From Candidatus Binatia bacterium (GTDB lineage Bacteria; Desulfobacterota; Binatia; UBA9968): a stretch of DNA of 56,451 bases. Shown one piece after another: positions 9,834-19,338 of the stretch. Under the pieces are notes generated by a model. It made no database searches and was not told where the DNA came from. It was given only the letters and a program-made list of their open reading frames with translations. Where the stretch lies: assembly GCA_041490745.1 (NCBI GenBank), contig JBGPTS010000001.1:1-56451 (forward strand), read 5' to 3'. Position 1 is the stretch's first letter. Each line of letters opens with the position of its first letter. Both the position numbers and the translations under genes were made by a program.

Positions 9834-10817
9834 ATGAATGGAAGAAAGTTTTTCACCGTCTTGCTGCTGGCCGCGGCTATTTTAGGCGCCGCCCGGGGAA
9901 GCGCCCCGGCTCAGGAACTGAAAAAGATCAAGCACGGATATGTCGCCGAGCCGGGATATTACTGGGACGTCTTTCAGGCTCAAGCCAATGGTTTTTTCAA
10001 AGCCGAAGGGCTGGACGTTGACTCGACGCGCTTCGACGTGACGTCCCAGGCGGTTACGGCGCTTGTGACCGGAGCGATCAACATCGCCAGTCCCACGCCC
10101 GATGTCGCCATGCTGGCCACGATCAAAGGACAGGGAGACGTGATCATCGTCAGCAATGAGATCCGTTTGCCGACGTGGGATTTGCTGGTGCAACCGGAGA
10201 TCAAGACGTACGCGGAAATAAAGGGCAAGGTGCTGGGCGTGTCGCAGCTCCAATCGGCGAGCACGCTCAACCTGCGCCAGCTCTTGAGAAAGAACGGAGT
10301 CAAAGACAACGAGTACAATATCTTGCAAGTGGGCGGCTCCGGCAAGCGTTATGCGGCCATCCAATCCAAACAAATCGCGGGGGCGCTGCTCACCGAGCCG
10401 GTCAACTTCGAGGCGATGGATGCGGGCTTCCGAAAATTGGGCGGCGTGTACGAGGCGTCCGTCGTTCCCAGCGCCGTCATTACCGTGTCGCGCGCGTGGG
10501 CCAAAGCGAACGAGAAAATTCTCGTCGGCTTTCTGCGCGCCGTCTATCGCGCCCAAGACTGGATCAACAACCCCAAGAACAAGAAAGAGGCCGTGGATCT
10601 CATGGTCGAGCTGAGCAAGGCCCAGCGGACGTCGGTGGAGAGAACTTACGACAAGTACGTCTCCGACTTGAAAGTCTACAACCGCGGAGACATCAACGCG
10701 GAGGTGATCAAGAAAACGCTCGAGGACATGGTCGAGATCGAAGCCCTCTCGAAACCGATCCCCGACCCGAACAATTTCCTCGACTTGAGTTTCCGGCAGA
10801 AAGCGCTCTCCAAGTAA
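9834..10817 (+). CDS. ABC transporter substrate-binding protein (NMT1/THI5-like)
   Basis: Signal peptide MNGRKFFTVLLLAAAILGAARGSAPAQ. NMT1-like body, flanked by two NitT/TauT permeases. Confidence 0.85.
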   Translation: MNGRKFFTVLLLAAAILGAARGSAPAQELKKIKHGYVAEPGYYWDVFQAQANGFFKAEGLDVDSTRFDVTSQAVTALVTGAINIASPTPDVAMLATIKGQGDVIIVSNEIRLPTWDLLVQPEIKTYAEIKGKVLGVSQLQSASTLNLRQLLRKNGVKDNEYNILQVGGSGKRYAAIQSKQIAGALLTEPVNFEAMDAGFRKLGGVYEASVVPSAVITVSRAWAKANEKILVGFLRAVYRAQDWINNPKNKKEAVDLMVELSKAQRTSVERTYDKYVSDLKVYNRGDINAEVIKKTLEDMVEIEALSKPIPDPNNFLDLSFRQKALSK

Positions 10818-10877
10818 TCGCGCCGGCGGCGCGCCGGGAAGTTTCTTTCCGGCGCCCCGCGCCCGCCAGAGCCTCCC

Positions 10878-11705
10878 ATGGCCCGACCAGAGACCACCGC
10901 CGTTACCGCGGAGATTTTCGATTTCGATCGCGCCGGCCTTTTTGGCCGGCATCGCGCCCGGATTCGCGGCGCGGTCACTTTTCTGTGGCTCGCGCTTCTT
11001 TGGGAGGCGGCGGCCTGGTACGTCGTGCGGGATGAAAGAATTCTCGCCCCGTTCAGCAAGGTCGTCGTGGCGCTCTTCAATCTGTTTCGGACCGGGGAGA
11101 TCTGGAAGCACCTTTACGTCAGCGGTTACGAATTTGTCGTCGGATTTTTGTTGGCGTCGCTGATCGGTGTCACGCTCGGCTTTGTGATGGGAACGGTCCG
11201 CGCCGTTCGCGAATATGCGGACCCGTGGGTCGCCGGCCTCTATTCCGCTCCGCTGGTCGCGCTGGCTCCTCTTTACATCATGTTCTTCGGCGTCGGCATC
11301 GCCGCCAAGGTCGCGCTCGTCTTCAGCGTGGCGGTTTTTCCGATCGTCGTGAATACCTTCGCCGGAGTTTACTCCGTGGATCCGAACCTGGTGGAAGTCG
11401 CGCGCTCCTTCAACGCCTCGCGCGCGCAAGTGTTGTTCAAAGTCCTCGTTCCCTTCTCGCTCTCTTACGTCGTGACCGGGCTGCGCCTCGGCGTCGGGCG
11501 CGGCTTGACCGGAGTCGTCGTCGGAGAGTTCTTTTTCGCCAATGCCGGGCTCGGGTTTCTCGTCGCGCTGGCCGGCCAGACTTTCAACACGCCGCTTCTG
11601 TTCGCGGGGATTCTCGTCTTCGCCGTCGCCGGAGTGGCGATCACGGGCGGGCTCAAGCGCCTGGAGAAAAAATTGGCGCCGTGGCGGAATTTGGCAAACG
11701 AATAG
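10878..11705 (+). CDS. ABC transporter permease (NitT/TauT family), paralog of 9011-9814
   Basis: EAA-like region SFNASRAQVLFKVLVPFSLSYVVTGLRLG. Clear paralogy to the upstream permease. Confidence 0.85.
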   Translation: MARPETTAVTAEIFDFDRAGLFGRHRARIRGAVTFLWLALLWEAAAWYVVRDERILAPFSKVVVALFNLFRTGEIWKHLYVSGYEFVVGFLLASLIGVTLGFVMGTVRAVREYADPWVAGLYSAPLVALAPLYIMFFGVGIAAKVALVFSVAVFPIVVNTFAGVYSVDPNLVEVARSFNASRAQVLFKVLVPFSLSYVVTGLRLGVGRGLTGVVVGEFFFANAGLGFLVALAGQTFNTPLLFAGILVFAVAGVAITGGLKRLEKKLAPWRNLANE

Positions 11706-11721
11706 AATTTTCAGCGGCTGT

Positions 11722-12513
11722 CTAGTCGCCGTGGGCGACGGATTCGAGCACGTCGGCTTCGATTAATTTCCAGATCGCACTCACGTAAGCCAAAAACTCG
11801 GGCGTCCGCTTGACGGCGAGACTTCTCGGGCGCGGCAGGTCGACGCGGATGTCGGCTTTGATCGTCGCAGGCCGCGCCGAAAACACCACCACGCGGTCGG
11901 CGAGATACACCGCTTCGTCGATCTGGTGCGTGATAAAGATCACCGTCTTCTTTCGGCTCCACCAGACCTTGAGCAGCTCCAGTTGCATCACTTCCCGGGT
12001 TTGCGCGTCGAGAGAGGCGAACGGCTCGTCCATTAAAATAATCTCCGGATCGACCGCGAGCGCGCGCGCCAGATTGACGCGCTGTCTCATCCCGCCCGAC
12101 AGCTCGTGCGGATAATGCGATTCGAAACCGCCGAGCCCGACCAATTTGATCAGCTCGCGCGCCTTGGCATAGCGGTCGCCGCTTTCGGTTCCTTTGACTT
12201 CCAGCCCGAACCCCACGTTGTCGAGCACGGTGCGCCATGGATAGAGCGAATCCGCCTGGAAGACGAACGCGCGGTCGTAACCGGGACCGGCGATCTCGCC
12301 GCCGTTGATGTAGATCTGCCCGGAAGTCGCGGGAATCAGCCCGTCGATGATTTTGATAAACGTCGTCTTACCGCAACCGCTCGGCCCCACGACGCAGACG
12401 AACTCCTCGGCGCGAACGTCGAGGTCGATGTCTCTGAACACTGTGACGTCGCCGCGATTGCGGCCCTGATAGGCCTTGCAAAGTTTCCTCACCGATACTT
12501 TGGCGTGATTCAT
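11722..12513 (-). CDS. ABC transporter ATP-binding protein (NitT/TauT family)
   Basis: Walker A GPSGCGKTT, signature LSGGMRQR, Walker B ILMDEP. Confidence 0.9.
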   Translation of the reverse strand: MNHAKVSVRKLCKAYQGRNRGDVTVFRDIDLDVRAEEFVCVVGPSGCGKTTFIKIIDGLIPATSGQIYINGGEIAGPGYDRAFVFQADSLYPWRTVLDNVGFGLEVKGTESGDRYAKARELIKLVGLGGFESHYPHELSGGMRQRVNLARALAVDPEIILMDEPFASLDAQTREVMQLELLKVWWSRKKTVIFITHQIDEAVYLADRVVVFSARPATIKADIRVDLPRPRSLAVKRTPEFLAYVSAIWKLIEADVLESVAHGD

Positions 12514-12688
12514 GACCGGTCCGATTCGACGACGTTATGCGCCAATAACGTATAACGATCCCCTAGTCAACCGGCTCGTGCGCAAGGGCAACGTATCGAT
12601 AATTGTTTCCCGCAGAGTGGTCTGCTACCGTACACCGAGCGATTTAATTAACGCGGTAATGGACTCGAAGAGTCTGTCGTAATCGCGA

Positions 12689-14029
12689 ATGCCAATGGAT
12701 ATGACGACGCCGTCAACGGAGCGGCCGCCGAGCGGAGCGCCAGCCGCCTCCAACTTCCTTTTTATCTCCGAGCTCCTCGACCGTCCCGTTGAGGATGCTC
12801 TCGGCGAATCTATCGGACGGCTTGACGACCTGACCGTCGTCGTCACCGAGCCGTTCCCGCGCGTCCGCGACTGCATCATCCGGCAGCAATGGCCGAACGA
12901 TTTGAGGCTCGTCTGCCGCTGGAACGACATCGCCGACTTGCGGGGGGCGAAGATCCGCTTGGCGGTTCCGGTGACGCAGCTCATACCGGCGGCGCCGGGC
13001 GCCGCCGACGAGGTTCTCCTGCGGCGCGATGTTTTGGACAAGCAGGTCGTCGATACAAACGGGCTGAAAATAGTTCGCGTCAACGACATTCAATTCTTGG
13101 CAACGCCGTCCGAGACCAGGGCGGTCCATGTGGACGTCGGATTCCGCGGCCTCGCCCGCCGCCTGGGCGCCGAATCGTTTGTCGACGGAATCTTTCGTCG
13201 AGTTCGGCCGCGCGCGCACTATTTGAAATCCGAGAACCTGATCTCGTGGCGTTACATCGAGACGCTTTCGCCGGGAACTTCGCACCATCGCCTCCAGTTG
13301 AGCCTTTCGCAGGCCCAACTTCAGGCGCACCCGGCGGACGTCGCCGATCTCATCGCCGAGCTCGACCCGCCGCGGCGCTTGCGTTTGTTCCGCGCGCTCG
13401 ACCTGGATACCCGGGCGAAATCTTTGGCCAAGCTGCCGGTCGAAATCCGCGCGCGGCTGCTCGAAATGATTCCGGCGCATGAAGCGGCGGCCGTCATGGG
13501 AACGATGCCGCCGGATGAGGCGGCCGACATCCTGGCCGAGCTGCCTGCCGAAGCGCGCGTGCAGATCCTCGCGCTGATGACCCATGAGGAAGCGAGCGAA
13601 GTCAGAGACCTGCTCGCGTTTCCCGCCGGAACCGCCGGCGCGTTGATGAACACCGAGTTCATCACCCTCTCCGACAAGCTGACCGTGGGCGAAGCGTTGG
13701 AACAATTGCGCGCGTTGGCGCCTTCGGCCGAAACCATCTACTACATCTATGTCGTCAACGAGGCGCGGAGCTTGGTCGGTGTCTTGTCTTTGCGGCATTT
13801 GATCATCGAAGCGTCCACGACTCCGATTTCCCAGGTCATGCTGAAGCGACCGGTGCATGTCCAGCCGGACGATTCGGTCGCCGAATGCGCCTCTCTGGTC
13901 GCCAAGTATAAACTGCTCGCGCTGCCGGTCGTCAGACCCGATCACACGATGGCGGGCGTCATCACGGTCGATGACGTGTTCGGAGAAATCATCGATCAGG
14001 CCTGGATGAAAAAGTTTGCGCGTCGATGA
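12689..14029 (+). CDS. soluble PRC-barrel / MgtE N-terminal domain / CBS-pair protein (MgtE cytosolic module without the membrane domain)
   Basis: Two PRC-barrel-like segments (ISELLDRPVED..., VLDKQVVDTNGLKIVRVNDI) are followed by an MgtE_N-like helical region (DVADLIAELD...PPDEAADILAELPAE...). Then comes a CBS pair (ALMNTEFITL... VGVLSLRHLI... MAGVITVDDVF). No TM segments are present. Confidence 0.8.
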   Translation: MPMDMTTPSTERPPSGAPAASNFLFISELLDRPVEDALGESIGRLDDLTVVVTEPFPRVRDCIIRQQWPNDLRLVCRWNDIADLRGAKIRLAVPVTQLIPAAPGAADEVLLRRDVLDKQVVDTNGLKIVRVNDIQFLATPSETRAVHVDVGFRGLARRLGAESFVDGIFRRVRPRAHYLKSENLISWRYIETLSPGTSHHRLQLSLSQAQLQAHPADVADLIAELDPPRRLRLFRALDLDTRAKSLAKLPVEIRARLLEMIPAHEAAAVMGTMPPDEAADILAELPAEARVQILALMTHEEASEVRDLLAFPAGTAGALMNTEFITLSDKLTVGEALEQLRALAPSAETIYYIYVVNEARSLVGVLSLRHLIIEASTTPISQVMLKRPVHVQPDDSVAECASLVAKYKLLALPVVRPDHTMAGVITVDDVFGEIIDQAWMKKFARR

Positions 14030-15321
14030 TGTCGCAACCGCCCGGCCAAGAAATTCCCGCGCTCCCGCGCAAACGCGAACGCTCCGGAGCCCTGAGTACC
14101 TGGCGCCGAATCAAAATCTTCCTCATCATTCTCGGCCCGGGAATGATCACCGCCAACGTCGACAACGATGCCGGAGGCATCACCACCTATTCGCTCGCGG
14201 GCGCTCATTTCGGGCTCGATCTCTTGTGGACGATCATCCCGATGACCGTCGCCCTCATTGTCACGCAGGAGGTCTGCGCGCGCATGGGCGCGGTGACGGG
14301 CAAAGGCCTTTCCGATCTGGTGCGCGAAGAATACGGCGTCAAGGCGACTTTCTGGGTCATGCTCGCTCTCGTTTTGACCAACCTCGGCAACACCATCGCC
14401 GAGTTTTCCGGCATCGCCGCTGCGGCGGAAATCTTCGGCGTGAGCCGCTACTTCGCCGTGCCGTTGGCGGCCGCGGCGGTGTGGGTTCTCGTCGTTCGCG
14501 GCAACAATCGAATCGTCGAGCGGATTTTCCTGATCGGTTGTCTGGCTTACATCGCTTACCCGATCTCGGGCGTGCTGGCAGGCCCGGCTTGGCCGGAAGT
14601 GCTGCGCGCGACCGTCGTTCCGCCGGCGCGCTTCGACTACGATTACCTGCAAATGTTGATCGGCCTCGTCGGGACGACCATCGCTCCGTGGATGCAGTTC
14701 TATCAACAGTCGGCGGTGGTGGAAAAAGGAATCACCCCGGAAAACTACCGCTACGAGCGCTGGGACGTGATCGTGGGCTGCACGATCACCGACATCGTCG
14801 CCTTCTTCATCATCGTGGCTTGCGCGGCGACTCTCTACGCTCACGGAGTCCGCATCGAGGACGCGAGCGACGCCGCGCGCGCGCTCAAACCGCTCGCCGG
14901 TGTGTATGCCGCGAATCTGTTCGCGTTCGGTTTGTTGAACGCCTCGCTGTTCGCCGCATCGGTCCTGCCGCTGTCCACCGCGTTCTACGTTTGCGAAGCA
15001 TTCGGGTGGGAATCGGGCGTCTCAACCACTTTTCGCACCGCGCCGCAATTTTACGGACTTTACACCGGGCTGATCGTCGTCGGCGCGGGCGTCGTCATGA
15101 TCCCGCGCTTTCCCCTGGTCCCGGTGATGTTCCTGTCGCAGGTCGTGAACGGGATGGTGCTCCCGCTGGTGCTGTTTTTCGTCGTGCGTCTGGCTAATCG
15201 ACGCGACCTCATGGGCGCTTTCGTCAACTCGCGCGCCGGAAATATCGCCCTATGGTCGACCGTTGTCATCATGACGATCCTGACCGCCGTCGAATTGGCC
15301 GCCCTCGCCGGCATCTGGTGA
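14026..15321 (+). CDS. NRAMP/SLC11-family divalent cation transporter, non-canonical metal-site variant
   Basis: GPGMITANVDNDAGGITTYS aligns with the TM1 motif and VGTTIAPWMQFYQQSAVV with the TM6 motif. About 11 TM segments. The ATG overlaps the upstream TGA (ATGA at 14026-14029). Confidence 0.85.
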   Translation: MMSQPPGQEIPALPRKRERSGALSTWRRIKIFLIILGPGMITANVDNDAGGITTYSLAGAHFGLDLLWTIIPMTVALIVTQEVCARMGAVTGKGLSDLVREEYGVKATFWVMLALVLTNLGNTIAEFSGIAAAAEIFGVSRYFAVPLAAAAVWVLVVRGNNRIVERIFLIGCLAYIAYPISGVLAGPAWPEVLRATVVPPARFDYDYLQMLIGLVGTTIAPWMQFYQQSAVVEKGITPENYRYERWDVIVGCTITDIVAFFIIVACAATLYAHGVRIEDASDAARALKPLAGVYAANLFAFGLLNASLFAASVLPLSTAFYVCEAFGWESGVSTTFRTAPQFYGLYTGLIVVGAGVVMIPRFPLVPVMFLSQVVNGMVLPLVLFFVVRLANRRDLMGAFVNSRAGNIALWSTVVIMTILTAVELAALAGIW

Positions 15322-15446
15322 CCCTTCGAACGCCGCTCGCAATCGTCTCTCGGTCGTCTTCGATCCGCCGCCGCGCCGATCGCCGCTCCGATTGTGTCCG
15401 ATAGACCCATTTGCTACCGTAATACCGGAATGCCGGAACTGTTGAG

Positions 15447-16568
15447 ATGCTGACCACGCACGATAAACTAAAGAAGATCCGCGAAGAGCTGAAGCAGATG
15501 TTTCTCGAGCGCGGCGAGCTGATCGACGGCGCGCTGTGCGCGCTGCTCGCTTCGCAGCACGTGCTCATCATCGGGCCGCCGGGCACGGCGAAATCGATGC
15601 TCGCCGATGAAATTTGCCGCCGCATCGAGGGCGCGAATTATTTTCAGTGGCTGCTCACCCGTTTCTCCACTCCGGAAGAAATTTTCGGCGCGGTGAGCCT
15701 GCGCGCGCTGGAGCAGGACGATTACCGGCGCGTCACGTCGCACAAACTTCCCGAAGCGCACATCGCTTTTCTCGACGAGATCTTCAAATCCAACTCTTCC
15801 ATCCTGAACGCGATCCTCACGCTCATCAACGAGCGTCTGTTTCACAACGGCAAGGAGATTGTCCCCGTCCCGCTCCTGACGCTCTTCGGCGCAAGCAACG
15901 AGCTGCCCGAAGACGACGAGTTGCTGGCGCTCTACGACCGTTTTCTGCTGCGCTTTCTCGTCGGCTACATCACCGAGGATTTCCGCTTTCTCCGCATGCT
16001 CGAAGCCGGAGCGCCGGCCGAGCGGACGACCATCGATCTCCGGGAGCTCGGCGAGATGCAATCGCAAGTCCGCGCGCTCCCGATTCCGCCCTATATTTAC
16101 CGGACGATCGCCGACATCCGCCGGGAATTGAAGAAAAAAAACATCGAGGCCTCGGACCGCCGCTACCGCCAATCATTGACGCTGCTTCAGGCGCACGCCT
16201 ATCTCTCGGGCCGGACGGAAGTCAACGAAAACAATCTTTACTTCCTCGAACACGCGCTGTGGCGCGACCCGCAGGAGCAAAACGAAGTCCGGACGGTGAT
16301 CCGCGAGCTGCTGCTTGGATACGAAGAGGAAGTCAAAGAGCTGCTTTACGAATCACGCGAGGTACGCGACGCGGCGCTGAAACCGTGGAATACGAGCGAG
16401 GAACGCGCCCGCGCGCTGATCGAAGTCCATACCAAATTGAAAAATATTCTCGCCCGAGTGGAGCAGATCGTCGATAAGGCAAAAAAAATGGGCCGCCCTC
16501 TCGATCGCGTCGGCACGATCAAAGAGGAGATCGAAGGAATTCAGAAGCAGATGCTGGACCAATTCTGA
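15447..16568 (+). CDS. MoxR/RavA-like AAA+ ATPase
   Basis: Walker A GPPGTAKS (15573-15596), Walker B AFLDEIFKSNSSILNAILTLINER. The size fits a single AAA+ module plus a helical C-terminal domain. Confidence 0.9.
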   Translation: MLTTHDKLKKIREELKQMFLERGELIDGALCALLASQHVLIIGPPGTAKSMLADEICRRIEGANYFQWLLTRFSTPEEIFGAVSLRALEQDDYRRVTSHKLPEAHIAFLDEIFKSNSSILNAILTLINERLFHNGKEIVPVPLLTLFGASNELPEDDELLALYDRFLLRFLVGYITEDFRFLRMLEAGAPAERTTIDLRELGEMQSQVRALPIPPYIYRTIADIRRELKKKNIEASDRRYRQSLTLLQAHAYLSGRTEVNENNLYFLEHALWRDPQEQNEVRTVIRELLLGYEEEVKELLYESREVRDAALKPWNTSEERARALIEVHTKLKNILARVEQIVDKAKKMGRPLDRVGTIKEEIEGIQKQMLDQF

Positions 16569-16574
16569 GATCAT

Positions 16575-16650
16575 GAGGCGTGAAGCGTGAGGGGTAAGGC
16601 GTAAGAAGTGACGCGTCCTAATCGCCTAACGCCTAACCCCTTACCCCTAA
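16575..16650. repeat. imperfect palindromic intergenic element (GGGGTAAGG / CCTTACCCC arms around a GACGCGTC core)
   Basis: GTGAGGGGTAAGG in the left arm pairs with CCTTACCCCTAAC in the right arm, and AGGCGT pairs with ACGCCT. The element lies between the MoxR stop and the VWA start. Confidence 0.5.
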
Positions 16651-16660
16651 CGGCCGACCG

Positions 16661-18238
16661 ATGGCACCAACGAGAAAACAAAAACCGGCGAAGAAGCGAA
16701 CGGTCACGCCGCTACCGGCGGAAAGCTGCTGGATCGAGAGCGACGCCTACGACCGGAGAGTTTTCGGCAACCTCCGCGCCGAAGCGCCGTCGCTTCGCGC
16801 CATCGAGGAAGCCGGCGCCACGTTCCTGCCCCATTTCGCTTCTCTGCTCCAGGATATTTTCTGCGCGCTGTTCAAGGCCAACGTCCTTTACCGAAATGAG
16901 CAGGAACTATCGCCGAGCGCGCTCTTCAACCGAACGTTTTTGACCGCGCTCGGCTCCGGCAATCTCTACGCGATCTTGCGCGAGATGACGCTGCTGGACG
17001 AGGCGAAGTCGGGCCTTTGCACGCTGCTCCTGGGTGAGGGCCTGATCGCACTGTTAAAGTCGGAAAAGGCGCTCACGGGCCGTGAGATGCTCGATCTTTG
17101 GGACTTGAAGAAACAGGAAGAGATTTTGACCGAAAAGCAGGAAGAGTACGCCGAGGCGGACAAACTCGCCGAAGAACAGGCCGGCGACAAGGACCGTCAA
17201 AAGATCATCGAACGCGCGAAGGAGCAAATCGAAGGCGAGATGGACGGCGCCGAGGGACTATTACGACAAAAATCGCAAAGGTTAGCGGAGAATCTCAAGC
17301 AGAAGGAATCGCAAGTTAGCCAGCGCTTCCAAGCGGAGGCGATCAAGGCCGCGCAGCAATTGGAAAACGCCGCCGAGGAGGCCGAGCAGTGGGGTCAGAG
17401 CCTGGGCTCCGGCTACCGCTCGCCGCCGGGAGAGAAGCTCGAACTCGGAAAGAGGCTTGCCGGAAACGAAAAACTCAAGAAACTCAGCCGAATGATCGGC
17501 CGGATGAAATTTCACGCCGCCGCGTTACGGGAGAAAATCTTCGAGCGCGCAAGCGAAGAAATCCTCGAAGTCGAGCGCGGCGACGCGGTCAGCCGGTTGC
17601 TGCCGCCGGAATTGCTTACGCTGTCGCATCCCCTGCTCCGCAAGGATTTTCAGCGCCGCCTCCTCGACCAGGAGCTGCTCCAGTATTCGCTTCGCGGCGT
17701 CGAAGAAAAAGGCAAAGGGCCGATGGTCGTCTGCCTCGACGGCAGCTCTTCGATGGCCGGCGACAAGGAGATATGGTCCAAGGCGGTGACCTTGACGCTG
17801 TTGGAAATCGCCCGGCGGCACAGGCGCTTGTTCCGCTCGATCTGCTTCTCTTCGGACGACACGCCGCTGCAGGTGCTCGATATGAACCGGCGCGCGCGCT
17901 ACGAACCGGAAATGAAAAAAATCATGGACCTGGCCGAATATTTTCCCGGCGGAGGCACGGATTTTCAAAAACCGCTCGACGCGGCGCTTGAATGCCTCAA
18001 AACATCCCAATACAAAAAAGGCGACGTCGTCTTCATCACCGACGGCGAATGCCAGGTGACCTCCGAGTGGGCGGAAAACTTTCGGAAGGAAAAAGAAAAG
18101 TTGGGCTTCTCGCTCTACTCGATCTTGATCGACGTGGGGTCGAGCTCGCTTGGCACACTGAAAGAGTTCAGCGATCGGATCACGACCATCAAGCAGCTCA
18201 CCGGAGAAGAGGCCAAAGATATTTTTGTGAAATTTTAA
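16661..18238 (+). CDS. VWA domain protein (ViaA-like partner of the MoxR ATPase)
   Basis: C-terminal von Willebrand A domain with MIDAS DGSSS (17738-17752), in the context VVCLDGSSSMAGDKE. A central E/K-rich coiled-coil stretch is present. Confidence 0.85.
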   Translation: MAPTRKQKPAKKRTVTPLPAESCWIESDAYDRRVFGNLRAEAPSLRAIEEAGATFLPHFASLLQDIFCALFKANVLYRNEQELSPSALFNRTFLTALGSGNLYAILREMTLLDEAKSGLCTLLLGEGLIALLKSEKALTGREMLDLWDLKKQEEILTEKQEEYAEADKLAEEQAGDKDRQKIIERAKEQIEGEMDGAEGLLRQKSQRLAENLKQKESQVSQRFQAEAIKAAQQLENAAEEAEQWGQSLGSGYRSPPGEKLELGKRLAGNEKLKKLSRMIGRMKFHAAALREKIFERASEEILEVERGDAVSRLLPPELLTLSHPLLRKDFQRRLLDQELLQYSLRGVEEKGKGPMVVCLDGSSSMAGDKEIWSKAVTLTLLEIARRHRRLFRSICFSSDDTPLQVLDMNRRARYEPEMKKIMDLAEYFPGGGTDFQKPLDAALECLKTSQYKKGDVVFITDGECQVTSEWAENFRKEKEKLGFSLYSILIDVGSSSLGTLKEFSDRITTIKQLTGEEAKDIFVKF

Positions 18239-18243
18239 TCCGC

Positions 18244-19338
18244 CTACTTTGTTTTCAGCAACCTCTGGTCGAACAAAGCCGCGAGCTTTTTGTAGTTCCT
18301 GCCCTGCTCCAGCGGGTCCAACATAAAAAATCCCAGTCCCTGATCCAGCTCGCGATCCTCCGCCTGAATGTCTTTCCGCGCCGGCAGGCGTCCGCTCTTC
18401 GCCAGCAGGCCTTGTCCCTCTTTTGACAGCAAAAAATCCAGATAGAGCATGGCGGCATGCGGATGCGGCGCGTAGGCGGCGAGCAACAGCAAGCTGGGTC
18501 TCAGAAAGACCGGAGATATGCGAATCGGTTCGATCGGTGCGCCGGCTTTTTTGAGTTCGAGGATGAGATTGGCGTTGGACACCATCGTGATGGGGAATTC
18601 GCCGGCGGCTAGGAGTTGCAGTTGCAGCGAGCGGCCCCGGAGAAATTTAATGTCCTGCTTGGAGAGTCTATCGAAGTATCTGAAAGCTTTTTCTTCTCCC
18701 ATAAGATTGATCAAAAATCCCATCCACTCGAAGGCTTCCGTGTCGAGCGACAGCTTGCCTTTCCATTTCGGGTCCAAAAAATCTTCCCAGCTTTTCGGCG
18801 CCTCCTCCGATTTGACCAGCTTCTTGTTGTAGGCCGAGAACAATAGCGCCGCGTGCTGGCCCGTCCAATAGCCTTCTTTGTCGGCAAAGCCTTCCCGCAG
18901 GTATTCCCGCATGGGCGAGACGTACTTCGCCATGACCCCGCGATCGACCAGGCCCACGATGCCGAGCTCGCCGGTTCCGACCACATCGACGGCATGAAGT
19001 CCCGCCCTGGCCTCGGTCTCGACTCTCTGAATGACCTTGCTGCCGCTGATACGCGCCAGCTTCACGCCGACAAAAGGATATTTTTTCTCGAACACGCCGA
19101 CCAAGGGCTGGCCCATCTGCTGATTGGTCGTCGTGTAGTCGGCCACTTCGCCTTCTCTCCTGGCGCCGGCGACGAGAAATTCTTCCCGGGCGCGACCCGA
19201 CAAAGAATGCGCTTTCCCCAGGATCTCTTCGTTCCTGGCGGACGCGGAGCCGGCAATCGCCGCCGGCAACGCCAAGAGCAACCCCAAGAGCATCCCCAAG
19301 ATCAACCCCAAGACGGATAGGCAGATGGAAATTTTCAT
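18244..19338 (-). CDS. ABC substrate-binding protein, family 1 (Fe3+-type), paralog B
   Basis: Signal peptide MKISICLSVLGLILGMLLGLLLALPAAIAGSASA. Paralogous to 19335-20411. Confidence 0.8.
   Translation of the reverse strand: MKISICLSVLGLILGMLLGLLLALPAAIAGSASARNEEILGKAHSLSGRAREEFLVAGARREGEVADYTTTNQQMGQPLVGVFEKKYPFVGVKLARISGSKVIQRVETEARAGLHAVDVVGTGELGIVGLVDRGVMAKYVSPMREYLREGFADKEGYWTGQHAALLFSAYNKKLVKSEEAPKSWEDFLDPKWKGKLSLDTEAFEWMGFLINLMGEEKAFRYFDRLSKQDIKFLRGRSLQLQLLAAGEFPITMVSNANLILELKKAGAPIEPIRISPVFLRPSLLLLAAYAPHPHAAMLYLDFLLSKEGQGLLAKSGRLPARKDIQAEDRELDQGLGFFMLDPLEQGRNYKKLAALFDQRLLKTK

Noticed and set aside
12514-12688. M-box or other Mg2+/metal riboswitch upstream of the MgtE_N-CBS/NRAMP pair. 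Also the 20-bp palindrome ACGTTATgcgccaATAACGT at 12532-12551.
   Set aside because: I could not recognise conserved M-box core sequences by eye. The palindrome lies 19 nt from the divergent ABC ATPase start and is too short to assign. A covariance-model scan (Rfam) would be needed.
15447-18238. MoxR-VWA pair as an anti-phage or conflict system.
   Set aside because: There is no third effector, protease, nuclease or TM-effector gene attached. The neighbours are transport and binding-protein genes, and the architecture matches housekeeping RavA-ViaA-like pairs.
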